Source: Eledone cirrhosa
Lineage: Eukaryota
Assembly (NCBI GenBank): GCA_964016885.1
Contig: OZ024762.1
Coordinates: 13,516,001-13,580,000 of the forward strand
Direction: 5' to 3'
Length of the DNA stretch: 64,000 nt
Shown here in pieces: positions 46,122-62,889 of this stretch; the first letter of the stretch is position 1, and the number at the start of each line of letters is the position of its first letter. Below the pieces are notes generated by a model. That model saw only the letters and a program-made list of their open reading frames with translations. It had not been told where the DNA came from and made no database searches. The position numbers were made by a program, and so were the translations under genes.

Positions 46122-46437
46122 CATTAATCAGTATACACTGAGGATGAAAAACTCAAAGCTGTATGGGAGCATCCCAAAAGTCAACTCAAAAGTGACACAG
46201 AGGAGACTGAGGTTAGCTGGACATGCTCACCGACATCCAGAGTTGACATTGCACTCAGTGCTCCTTTGGGAGCCCCTAAACGGACACACTAGAAGAAGAA
46301 GACCAAGGTTAACGTATGTTGATGCCCTAAGGACAGACACTGGTCTGTTGGAGCCGCAGGACATGGCAGCGATAATGAGGGACAGAGACCGCTGGAGAGA
46401 ACTCGTCCATGGATCTCGGGAATTTTACCCGCCTTAG
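46122..46437 (+). mobile_element. RTE-clade LINE 3' end
   Basis: Translates NSKLYGSIPKVNSKVTQRRLRLAGHAHRHPE..VLLWEP..RRRRPRLTYVDAL..DRDRWRELV, a typical RTE C-terminus. Confidence 0.88.
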
Positions 46438-46445
46438 ATATATAT

Positions 46446-46765
46446 AGGGCGAGCAAAATTCCCGAGATCCATGGACGAGTTCTCTCCAGCGGTCTCTATC
46501 CCTCATTATCGCTGCCATGTCCTGCGTCTCCAACAGACCAGTGTCTGTCTTTAGGGCATCAACATACGTTAACCTTGGTCTTCCTTTTCCAGTGTGTTCA
46601 GTGTGTCCATAAAGGCCGCCGCAGGAGCACTGAGTGCAGTGTCAACTCTGGATGTCGGTGAGCATGTCCAGCTAACCTCAGTCTCCTCTGTGTCACTTTT
46701 GAGCTGACTTTTGGGAGGCTCCCATACAGCTCTGAGCTTTTCATTCTCAGTGTATACTGATTAAT
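46446..46765 (-). mobile_element. RTE-clade LINE 3' end, inverted copy
   Basis: Reverse complement of 46122-46437 with scattered substitutions and indels. Confidence 0.88.
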
Positions 46766-46771
46766 GATACA

Positions 46772-47477
<706 letters not shown>

Positions 47478-47727
47478 GCGGAGTAAAGTATTAAAACAAC
47501 AGAAGGCCGGACTGGAAAATTTACTTTAGAATTTTAATTCCGTGAACTCATTATACATATTTCGATGGACCCGCTCCATCAACCGATTATGATGTAAGAC
47601 GATACGACCTCATCAGGTGTTGTTTGCAGAATTAGGTAACAAGATTACGTTGAACCTAAATATATAATGGAAGATAGATGGAAATAGAAAATTCGATATT
47701 TATAATTATATATTTATATATCTCGAA

Positions 47728-47780
<53 letters not shown>

Positions 47781-48152
47781 TGTGTATGTGTCAAGAATGA
47801 GAGATAGGAAATTTCAGTTAATTAGTATGTTGTTGGTATTCTCGCGTAAGTATGTATATATGAAAGAGAAGAGAGGAGAATTGGCAGAGAATAAGTTGGC
47901 CTCGGATACTTAGGAGATAATATGATAAACTGAAGAAGATATTGAAAGACTTTCCATCTCTTCGTTGTAATTGAGTCAACGTATGTGTGTGTGTGTGTGT
48001 GTGTGTACATGGAGATATGAATGTATGTGTGTGATTGTGTTAGTGTATGTATGTGTATATATGCGTACTTGTACACATGAATGTATATATGTCATTAACT
48101 CAATGTGTGTAAGTAGGCATCTATTTATGAATTTATCTATGTGATTGAGTCA

Positions 48153-48210
<58 letters not shown>

Positions 48211-48366
48211 GACTGCATCTATTTATGAATCTATGTATATTGTTAAGTACGTATGTTAAGTATGTATTTCAAGATTTCTTTAATATACATCAATACAGAC
48301 ATAAGAAAAGTATATATATATTTATATATATATATATATAATGTATATATATATATATATATAATG

Positions 48367-48399
<33 letters not shown>

Positions 48400-48403
48400 A
48401 ATG

Positions 48404-48434
<31 letters not shown>

Positions 48435-48444
48435 ACATATATAA

Positions 48445-48476
<32 letters not shown>

Positions 48477-48582
48477 TGTTATACTTGGGGAATATATAAA
48501 TATATATATACAGATATATATATATATATATATATATGCATATATATATATACAGATATATATATATATATACACACACACA

Positions 48583-48616
<34 letters not shown>

Positions 48617-48777
48617 GAGAGAGAGATATAGATATATACATATATATATATATACATATATATATATATGCATATATATATATACAGATATATATATATG
48701 CATATATATAGATATATATATATATATATATATGCATATATATAGATATATATATATAGATATTTATATACATATAG

Positions 48778-48840
<63 letters not shown>

Positions 48841-48879
48841 TATATATATAGACATATATATATACATATATATATATAC

Positions 48880-48910
<31 letters not shown>

Positions 48911-48925
48911 AACATATATATATAC

Positions 48926-48978
<53 letters not shown>

Positions 48979-49005
48979 GATATACATATATATATATATA
49001 TATAG

Positions 49006-49044
<39 letters not shown>

Positions 49045-49073
49045 TATATAGATATACATATATACATATATAT

Positions 49074-49108
<35 letters not shown>

Positions 49109-49589
49109 GAGAGGAGCGAAAATGAGTGTGCACGTACATAATATATAAAAAAAGAGTATTATCTACATATATAGACATGTTTATATATATATATATATAT
49201 ATTTCAATCTCTCTCTCTATCTCTCTGCTTCTCTCTCTATCTCTCTGCTTCTCTCTCTATCTCTCTGCTTCTCTCTCTATCTCTCCCTCTCTCTGCCTAT
49301 CTCTCTCTCCCTCTCTTTCTCTCTCCCTCTCTCTCTCACCCTCTCCCTCTATGGTAGGCTGTCTTTGACATTCTGGGAATGTTCCAGGTAATTAAAAAAG
49401 GAACGAAACATCTCCAAAACACTCTAAACGTTCTCATTGTTTTATCTGTCCGTGTGTCCGACTTCTATATCTCTTCTATAGACATATACATATATATATA
49501 TATATATACACACTATATAACATATATATATATAATTTATATATACATAATTTATATATATATAATACATACATAAATATATATATAAT

Positions 49590-49661
<72 letters not shown>

Positions 49662-49862
49662 GTGTGTGAGAGGGTAATCATCATCACGGTATAACCGCCA
49701 TTTTCCGTGTATCTGACTTCTCTGTTCTTACACACCTCTCTATCTCTATCTCTCTCTCTATATATATATATATGTGTTTGTGTGTGTGTGTGTGTGTGTG
49801 TTTGTGTGTATATTTGTGTCTGTGCGTGTATATATGTGAGTGTGTGTATACATATGTGGGTA

Positions 49863-49893
<31 letters not shown>

Positions 49894-50525
49894 GTGTGTG
49901 TGTATGTGTATAAATATGGGTGTGTGTGGGTGTGTTTGTGTGTATATATATTTAAATATATATACACATTGGGAATATATATATACATACATACATACAT
50001 ACACAGATACCACTTACATGTATACACACATACGCAGATACAAGCATATATATATATATAAATATACATACATATATGCACACTTTATATACACACATAT
50101 ATATACATACAAAAAACGTGGTTGCTATCCTCACTTTCTCTACATTGATTGATTAGAAAGATCTGCTTCATCACCCCCGGACTCCCACCCCATCCTCACC
50201 ACCTCCTCTCATCCTCATCCACTACCCCCACGCTAATACAAGGCCGATAACCCCTCCACCATATGATCACTATATTGTCTCCCCCTGCCAACTCCAACTC
50301 CTTAAATACCATTACAAACCCTGTACAACCCACAAATCCCACACAATCTGATCACTTTGAAAGATATTCCCCTACTCACCCCTCTCTCTCTTGCTTTTCA
50401 ATATGCCGGACACGTCTTCAGCTTCAATTATCTCCCTTGCTTCTTACCTCTTCTGTTGATCAAGCGTCCCGTCTTACGTGATTTGTCTGAAACTTTCATA
50501 CTCACAATGTCTTTAATACCATTGA

Positions 50526-50570
<45 letters not shown>

Positions 50571-50704
50571 GTGGTTGTGGGTGGTTGTTGTCTCCATATA
50601 TGCAAGTATCTATGCTTATGTGTGTGTATTTGAATCTGTGGATGGACATGTGTGTATAAATGTGTAAGTATGTACGTGTGTGCAAATAAATATACTTACA
50701 TATA

Positions 50705-52710
<2,006 letters not shown>

Positions 52711-54074
52711 ATATATGTATGTATGTATAGTCTAGCAGTATAATAATATTACAATTTGCTTTAGAAAAATGCACCATACATTGTGTTTACAATATAATAT
52801 ATATATTGTTTGCAATATATATTGTAAACAATAGAGTTATTTTAGTATGTGTATAAAAGGGTGTAGAATTAAATACACTGGAGAACAACCGAATAATAAT
52901 TATTAGACATTAAAAAAAAACAATATATATCCTACCACCATACACACACACACACCACATATATATATATATATATATATACATGTGTGTGTGTGACATA
53001 AATATATATAACAGCGAATATGAATAAACGAAATTAAATTTAACCTGTTGACTTACACTTATCGTTTATATATATATATATATATAGATATATAGATATA
53101 TAGATATATAGATAGATAGATAGATACACTTAAATAACACACACACACATATGCAAATCCTATCAGTCGTTGTTTGATAATTTCTTCAGTGTCTGGGTTA
53201 TGTTCTGAGAAATATTTATTAAGAACCTAAATACCGAAATTCGGACGTCCAAACCTCATTCGGAGGTTTGAATATCAGGACTTTGTTTGGGTGTTGTTGT
53301 TGTTGTTAGATCTTAGAAGGCCAAGGCTAAACAGAAAGAATGAATGGAATAACAACAACACCCAAACAAACAACACTGACCTAAGAGAAGTATAAATAAA
53401 TAAATAAATAAATATATAAATAAATAAATAAATACATACACAAGCACGATAACAACAAACACATATAAACACACACTAGTAAAGATAGAATACATTAACC
53501 AATACACAGTCACCCAATCACGAACACACATCAAACAAAACACTATACACACACTCAAACGCATGCGCAAAGAAGACAAAATAAAATAAACAAGTAAATA
53601 AATATATAAACAGACTAAATAAAGATGGCGTAGAAAATACAATGCAACGGGAGGAAACAATAGCACCACTGACGATCGAGTAAGAACATTTTCGAAACAG
53701 CGAGTTGGTTTGAAATTATTAGAAATATAAGCTATCGCCGTATTTTGACTAAAGAAATTAAAGAACTTATTTACCCTGATAGTGGGGTTAAGAATATGTA
53801 TATATATATATGTCTATATACATATTAATATATATATTTATATATATATATGTATTATTGAATGTAAATATATATATATATATCTATATATATTTATATA
53901 TATATTTACATACAATAATACATATATATATATAAAAATATATATATTAATATGTATATACATATATATATATACATATATATATATACATATGTATTCA
54001 TATATATACATATGTATATATATATACATATGTATTCATATATATATACATATGTATATATATATATATACATA

Positions 54075-54116
<42 letters not shown>

Positions 54117-54126
54117 CATATGTATA

Positions 54127-54673
54127 GTCGTTGGCGACTAAACTGGCAACCCCACCAAGGTTTCTTGGTGAGGAGGGTGACTTTGGACATCCTGCAGGAC
54201 TAAAAACAAAACCTGTCAAAGGGCAAAGGAGCTCTTAAGAGTCAATGGCCATCCAAAATCACCGGGAGAGATGACCCCTTAGCCTTTGTCAAGGCAGAAT
54301 TCTAGGAGAAGGAAAACTCTGATATAACACCTGCAACCCTGATGGTATCCAATGATGTTGACTTGTTCTTCTTTTTGGTAAATATCATCTTGGTTAAGAG
54401 AGTGGGACTGGCTTTGTGCAGTGCCTTTGCTCACTATAAAAGCTTCACGGCACAGGCATTGCTTTATATCTGGAGATCTCTCTGCACTTGTCGTCACATG
54501 GTACCATGGGCCCAACACTATGTGTCAATAATTGTCACAAGTGTAGTCTTTGTACCAGAGTTTTCAAGTCGCTGGCTGGACTAAAAAGTCACACTCGTTC
54601 AGCGCATCAGTAGGGGTTCTCCTACATGGATATAAAGTAGTGGCCGTACTCGAAAACGAGTTGGCAGCCACCA
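54127..54673 (+). mobile_element. internally deleted (bipartite) RTE element
   Basis: RTE-like 5' UTR ('ctaggagaaggaaaactctga') joined to a terminal C2H2 finger [23 protein letters not shown] (54541-54612) and a short 3' UTR; inside (TA)n. Confidence 0.7.
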
Positions 54674-54711
54674 TATATATATATAAATATGTATATATAT
54701 ATATATACATA

Positions 54712-54745
<34 letters not shown>

Positions 54746-54958
54746 CATATGTATATATATATATACATATGTATATATATATATATATACATATGTATAC
54801 ATATATATATATATACATATGTATATATACATATGTATATATATATGTATATATACATATTAATATATATATTTATATATATATATGTATTATTGTATGT
54901 AAATATATATATAAATATATATATATAGATAGATAGATAGATATATGTAATAGACATA

Positions 54959-55000
<42 letters not shown>

Positions 55001-55087
55001 AATACGAGTGTGTGTGTGTGTTTGTAAGTGTGTAATTATAAAGATAACTACATAAGTACACTGATACATACATAAATATATATATAT

Positions 55088-55430
<343 letters not shown>

Positions 55431-55432
55431 GT

Positions 55433-55611
<179 letters not shown>

Positions 55612-55938
55612 CATATATACATTCAGGTATACCTACATATATACATCTTCCTAAGCGTGGGAAAACCACCTCTGTTCCTGATACTGTTTATCAGAATCAT
55701 TCTATAATTGTAGATTTTTTTCTCTGAAAAACATGAAAAATATTGCAGTAAACAATGTTTTTTAATCTGTAGGTTTTAGCTTATTCTAGGTCCTTAAGTT
55801 TCCATCTTACATATAAGTAATTGTGAATGTGGTGTAATATTAATAAAGGTGTCGACGGATGTAGATTGTTATAGTGAAGTTGTTGTCGATTATCCTTTCT
55901 ATCCGTGAATTTATTTATTTCTCTCTCCCTCCTTTATC

Positions 55939-55991
<53 letters not shown>

Positions 55992-55993
<2 letters not shown>

Positions 55994-56091
55994 CGAGGTA
56001 GTTGTGGTAAGGAACCAGATGGACATAACGCACCAGAGTACTCAATACTTACGGTAGTAGAGTGGGTAATAGGAAAAAGTATACTTTTTCC
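55992..56091 (-). mobile_element. family C tail with short fold-back
   Basis: Reverse complement matches 12676-12758; ends in palindrome 'taggaaaaagtatactttttccta'. Confidence 0.7.
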
Positions 56092-56092
56092 T

Positions 56093-56127
<35 letters not shown>

Positions 56128-56157
56128 GTAATAATAATAATAATAAATGTAAAGATT

Positions 56158-56567
56158 AAAATCCGGAAAGAATGAAGAGTAACATGGTTGGCTGTACAAT
56201 AAGGGGCTTTATTTAAAGTACTGACAATTGTTTCGTTGATCAGGTGAGTCTAGACGTCGCTAATAAATAATGTATTGGAGATCGAATGACGCAACTTCAA
56301 GCGATTAGCGAACGGTAGATTCACCTGATCAACGAAACAATTGTCAGTACTTTAAATAAAGCCCCTTATTGTACAGCCAACCATGTTACTCTTCATTCTT
56401 TCACTATTATTACTCCAAGTATAACCTGCATAGAAATTACCGCGAACTCGCTGCATAACTATGGAAGCAACTTGTTGAGTCAAACAAAGCCGTACGTTAA
56501 AACTATCCACGACGCAGAGTACTCACAACCTCTAACTCGATTACCTATAACGATAACTTGTTATCCC

Positions 56568-56568
<1 letters not shown>
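56158..56568 (+). mobile_element. Penelope-like element, family B, fold-back
   Basis: ~95-bp inverted arms 56166-56263/56305-56402, each with the HHR 3' half GAAAcaattgTC; tail matches 40363-40580. Confidence 0.78.
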
Positions 56569-56639
<71 letters not shown>

Positions 56640-56784
56640 ATATATTTATATATATATATCTTAAAATAACAGATTAAAGTTTAAGCAAAGGATCGGAACT
56701 TGAGAGAATATGTTCCGAAATCATTAGAAGTGTCCGTCGAACCTGCGGGTCCAGAATCAGACAGATCCACGCAATGATCCCAAT

Positions 56785-57345
56785 ATATAATGAGGGAGAG
56801 TGAGAAAATAAACCAGATATATATAGGGAGGGGTAGAGAGTGAACTAGATATAAATAGAGAGGGGTAGAGAGTGAACTAGATATATATAGAGGGGGGAGA
56901 GAGTAAATCAGATATATATAGGGAGGGGGAGAGAGTGCACTAGATATATGTAGGGAGGGTTAGAGAGTGAAACAGATATATATAGGGGGTGGGGGTGGGA
57001 GGGAAACAGATATATATATAGGGAGGGGGAGAGAGTGAACTAGATATATATAGAGGTGGAGAGAGTGAACTAGATATATATAGGGAGGTGTAGAGAGTGA
57101 ACTAGATATAATGAGGGGGGGGGGTGAGAGAGTGAACAGATATATAGAGAGGTGGAGAGAGTGAAACAGATATATATAGGGAGGGGCAGAGTGTGAACTA
57201 GATATATATACAGGGAGGGGGAGAGAGTGAACTAGATATATATAGGGAGTGGGAGAGAGTGAACCAGATATAATGAAGGAGGGAGAGAGAGAGAACCAGA
57301 GGTATATCTGAAGGGGTAGAGACTGAAACAGATACACATAAAGAG
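56785..57345. repeat. ~33-bp minisatellite
   Basis: Unit 'gagagagtgaactagatatatatagggagggg'. Confidence 0.9.
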
Positions 57346-57404
57346 TGAACCGAACCTAATATAATGAGAGAGAGGTGAGAGTGATAGTTTTGTATCTTTC
57401 CCCT

Positions 57405-57535
57405 CTCTGAATATATCTGTCTTACTCTCTTCCCCCTCTCTTAATATATCTCTCTTACTCTCTTCCCCCTCTCTTAATATATCTCTCTTACTCTCTTCCC
57501 CCTCTCTTAATATATCTATCTTACTCTCTTACCCA
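57405..57535. repeat. 33-bp minisatellite x~4
   Basis: Unit 'ttactctcttccccctctcttaatatatctctc'. Confidence 0.88.
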
Positions 57536-57692
57536 TCTTTTGTTGTATGCAATTTGCTCTCTTTCCCCCTCTCTCAGCTTATGTAACTACTCTCTTACCT
57601 CTCTTTTAATATATGTAGACACTCTTTTCCCCCTCTCTCACTATATGTGGCTTACTAGCTTACCCCTCTTTCAATATACATGGGATGGGTTC

Positions 57693-57741
<49 letters not shown>

Positions 57742-58037
57742 TGTGTGTTTGCCGGTTACTGAAAGTATTTTTGTTATTGAGAATACTCTTGCGAATGTGT
57801 CCTGTTTGTATATATACATATACATATACATATATATAACCATGTGTGTATATATATATATATACATGGGTATATATATGTGTATATATATATATACATG
57901 GGTATATATATGTATATATATTTATATATACATACATGTGTGTGTATGCATATATGTTCACAGATATATATATATATATATCTGTGAATGTATATACATA
58001 TATATATACATATATACGTGTGTGTATATATATTATA

Positions 58038-58070
<33 letters not shown>

Positions 58071-58432
58071 TTATATGTGTGTGTGTATATATATACATTT
58101 TTATGTGTGTGCGTGTATATATATACATGTATGTATATACACGTGTGTATACGTATATATATATTTGTATATACGTATACGTATATATATATGTATATAC
58201 GTATATATATATATATATCTGTGAATGTATATACATATATATATACATATATACGTGTGTGTATATATATATATGTGTGTGTGTGTATATTATATATATA
58301 TATATATGTGTGTTGTGTATATATATACATTTTTATGTGTGTGTGTATATATATACATGTATGTATATACACGTGTGTATACGTATATATATATTTGTAT
58401 ATACGTATACGTATATATATATATGTATATAC

Positions 58433-58467
<35 letters not shown>

Positions 58468-58798
58468 GTACATGACACAAATAAAATTTTTTCTATTTCA
58501 ACAGAATTATTTCGGTACTTTGCGTGAGAATACACGGCTGAAAGCAAATGGGGATATATGTACACATACACACACACACACACATACACACATATATATA
58601 CACATACATACACTTTCACACATACACACACCTACCCACACACGCACATATGTGCGCACGTACATATGTGCGCACGTACATATATATGTACTATGTATGG
58701 ATGAATATTTATGTATATATAGATGTGTGTTTCGGTCTTTGTGTGTCTATATACCAATCCGCTCACAGGCATAATAACATACACACATACACACACAT

Positions 58799-58829
<31 letters not shown>

Positions 58830-58867
58830 GTATAATATATATATATATATAAAAACAAAGAATGTGG

Positions 58868-58937
58868 GAAAAGAGTCAGGACACCGACGGCTGAGCTCCA
58901 GCCGTTTCGACAACCGTCAGGGTCCTGACTCTTTTCA
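58868..58937. mobile_element. family C variant, fold-back
   Basis: 'gaaaagagtcaggacaccgacggctgagctccagccgtttcgac..ccgtcagggtcctgactcttttc'. Confidence 0.65.
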
Positions 58938-58941
58938 TATA

Positions 58942-58975
<34 letters not shown>

Positions 58976-58981
<6 letters not shown>

Positions 58982-59168
58982 GAAGAGCTTCTACAGGACT
59001 AGAACTGTTTCATTCGTGAGAAATCACCAGGAAGCTCCTGATGATTTCTCACGAATGAAACAGTTCTAGTCCTGTAGAAGCTCTTCTAAATTAAAACTTT
59101 TATACTCTGCTACGTATTGAGTACCTTAATTACTGTGGTTACCTCCGAGTCAACCCGGAATAACTTAT

Positions 59169-59172
<4 letters not shown>
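58976..59172 (+). mobile_element. family A element, copy 2
   Basis: Fold-back with HHR; + core intact (CTGATGA 59038-59044), - core mutated (CTGGTGA). Confidence 0.8.
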
Positions 59173-59217
<45 letters not shown>

Positions 59218-59226
<9 letters not shown>

Positions 59227-59412
59227 GAAGAGCTTCTACAGGACTAGAACTGTTTCATTCTTGAGAAATCATCAGGAAGCTCCCAATGATTTCTCACGAA
59301 TGAAACAGTTCTAGTCCTCTAGAAGCTCTTCTAAATTAAAACTTTTATAGTCTGCTACGTATTGAGTACCTTAATACTGTGGTTACCTCCGATTCAACCC
59401 GGAATAACTTAT

Positions 59413-59413
<1 letters not shown>
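59218..59413 (+). mobile_element. family A element, copy 3
   Basis: Tandem duplicate of copy 2; + core mutated, - core intact. Confidence 0.8.
59230..59283 (-). ncRNA. type I hammerhead ribozyme
   Basis: Reverse complement gagcttc-CTGATGA-tttctcaagaat-GAAAcagttctagtcctgTA-gaagctc; 7-bp perfect helix I. Confidence 0.82.
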
Positions 59414-59451
<38 letters not shown>

Positions 59452-59809
59452 GTATATATATATGTCTGTGTGTGTCCCAAAGGAAATGATAAGTAACTAA
59501 AATCGATTTCGATAAGTATTCGACAAAATCCGTTGAATTACTACTGGAGACAGAAAGAATGTATAGAGGCCTTTTTTGATGAATCGAACGTCGCATCTGC
59601 CAGATGACGTTCGTGGGTATTAGTGCAACTTATCCCAGTTCTACTCAACCTCAGTGTCCAGTGTCGTAGAATTACTTACACCGTCTTTTTAGTTGTACCT
59701 CAGCTGGTTTTCTCAACTATTAGAGTTGTTGACTATTATTGTGTTTCTTTGCGTTGGGATGCACATTTTTCAATCTGCAAATATTCACACACAATATCTA
59801 TGCCAATAT

Positions 59810-59810
59810 G

Positions 59811-59884
<74 letters not shown>

Positions 59885-59899
59885 AAATCTATCTATCAA

Positions 59900-59975
<76 letters not shown>
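59810..59975. repeat. (TCTA)n
   Basis: Direct reading of the sequence. Confidence 0.97.
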
Positions 59976-60045
59976 CTCTATCTATACCTCTCTCTCCATA
60001 TATATATGTGTATGTCTGTGTGTTTTCGAGTGTTTTATATTTATA

Positions 60046-60088
<43 letters not shown>

Positions 60089-60146
60089 TTGTGTGTATAT
60101 ATATGTATATATGGATGTATATATTTATATATATATGTGTACATAT

Positions 60147-60226
60147 ACAGGGAGTCAAAAAAATGTATACACACTTCAACAGTCTTCCTTCTAATAAATA
60201 TGTGTATACTTTTTTGAGGACACCCT
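60147..60226. mobile_element. ~80-bp Tc1/mariner-like MITE
   Basis: TA-cagggagtcaaaaaaatgtatacac ... gtgtatacttttttgaggacacccta-TA, imperfect TIRs. Confidence 0.6.
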
Positions 60227-60371
60227 ATATATACATACATACATACATATATATATAAATATATATATATATTCATACATACATAGAGAAATTTTTCTAG
60301 TTTCAATATTTTTCTCTTCGTTACAATGTTGTATGGAAATACTGTATTTACAGCGATATTTATTATTATTG

Positions 60372-60415
<44 letters not shown>

Positions 60416-60570
60416 ATTATTATTATTATTATTATTGTTATTATTATTATTATTAATCTCTTCATTGTTGCTGTCGATATATTTGTATATAACCAGTTTG
60501 TTTATTTAATATAATACGAGTAAATAAACTTATGATGGAAAACAAAAAATAGTTCATTAAATCGATACAA

Positions 60571-60636
<66 letters not shown>

Positions 60637-60859
60637 TTATATATATATATATATATATATATACATTATGTGTGTGTGTGTGTGTGTAAAGTGAAACAGA
60701 TGTAAATGGGAAATGACAGACATGTTGATATGCTTATTATATATATGTGTAAATGTGCCCATGTCTATATCTATGTGTGTGTATATATATATATGTATGT
60801 GTGTATATATGTATGTGTGTATATATGTATGTGTGTATATATATATATGTATGTATATA

Positions 60860-60893
<34 letters not shown>

Positions 60894-60940
60894 CATATAT
60901 ATATATGTAAATGTACATGACATGTATATATATATATATG

Positions 60941-60985
<45 letters not shown>

Positions 60986-61010
60986 ATATATATGTATGTA
61001 TATATATATG

Positions 61011-61046
<36 letters not shown>

Positions 61047-61644
61047 TATATATGCATATATATGTATATATATGAATATATATGCGTATATATGAATATA
61101 TATATATATATGTATAAATATGTATATATATGAATATATATACATATATATATGAATATATCTCTCTATGTATTTATATGTTTACATATGTATTAATGTA
61201 TGTATCTCTTTCTCTCTCTCTCTCTCTCTTTCTATATATATATATATATATACATATATACACCAAATAACGCCTCAGTGAAATATACCAGAAATGGGAG
61301 ATAAAAAAGTGAAGAAGTCGCCATATTTACTTTTTTGTGTAATTGTATTTGACGACCTAAGAAGATTCCTAGGTGAAAATATTCATTTTTGTGTGGCGCA
61401 ATATGCGCATGCGCACACACTTATACACGCACTAACACATGTATACATACGCATACATATGTATTTATATGTATATATATATATATATATAATTTTATAT
61501 TTATATATATATATATACATAAATATATGTATATATATAAATATACATACATATATATATACACACACACACACATATATATATATATAATTTTATATTT
61601 ATATATATATATATATATATACATAAATATATGTATATATATAA

Positions 61645-61679
<35 letters not shown>

Positions 61680-61684
61680 CATAC

Positions 61685-61838
61685 GTGAAGGCTGAGTGGT
61701 TAGAGCATTTGTTTGACAATCATGAGGTTGTGAGTTCCATTCCCGAGCAGGACACTTCATTTCGCCTGGTGTTGAGACCGATAGATAGTATTAGCAATTG
61801 GAAAGACCAATGGAAACATTGCTTCCTCGGTCCAATTT
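61685..61838 (+). mobile_element. CORE-family SINE, internally deleted
   Basis: tRNA head 'gagtggttagagc..gagttccattccc' plus family tail. Confidence 0.78.
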
Positions 61839-62017
61839 GTTGGCTTTCTGTGGCTCGGGCTTCAGTAACTTCTCCCGAGACTTCTATAAACTGGTGAGAT
61901 AAAATATAACACACATATATATCTATCTATCTATCTAAATATATATATATATATATATATATACATGCAAGCAAGAAAAAGTTGTTTGGTGAAATTAAAC
62001 CAATCTATAGTAAGATT

Positions 62018-62067
<50 letters not shown>

Positions 62068-62619
62068 ACACACACTTATACACCCTTTAATATACACATT
62101 CACAAATACATACACACCTATACACACACATGCACAAATACATATACTGATACACACGCATGAATACACCTACATAAACTTACATACAACACACGTGTAC
62201 ACACATGCAGACGCATGCACACACATATATACACATAAATACACACACACTTACATGCTTATAATCAAATTCACACGCACACGCACACGCACACATACAC
62301 ACACAGCACATAGCTTTAAAAGCTTTAGGAAATCACAAGTGTTTCGTTGGACGATCGCTGTACATAAAATGGCGGTTGATTTCTGAAGGTGTTCAAAACA
62401 GTCGCCATTAGACGAGAAACTAACCACCTTAGACATGTCTTCCAGATTCTTATTTACAGACAACAAACGAAAGACCAACAGCAATGTCACCACATACAGT
62501 TTATTTCCTTACCTTTTAGCTACCCACACCCCTACCGTGTAAACATAAAACTAAGTGCTGCAAATAATTCCTATTAGTGAAAAATGAAAGTAGTATGTAT
62601 GACATAGTATTTGTATATG

Positions 62620-62853
62620 GGTACATATATATATATATATATGTATGTATGTATATGTATGTATATGTATATGTATGTATATATATATGTATATGTGTAT
62701 ATGTATGTATATGTATATATATGTGTATGTATATGTATATATATATATATGTATATGTATATATATATGTATATGTATATATATATATATGTGTATGTAT
62801 ATGTATATATATATATATGTATATGTGTATATGTATGTATATATATATGTATG

Positions 62854-62889
<36 letters not shown>

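Noticed and set aside
46144-46437. 97-aa ORF as a host gene
   Set aside because: It is the C-terminal remnant of an RTE retrotransposon ORF
50385-50425. CTGAAGA...GAAA on - strand
   Set aside because: Weak helix II and no stem III or helix I
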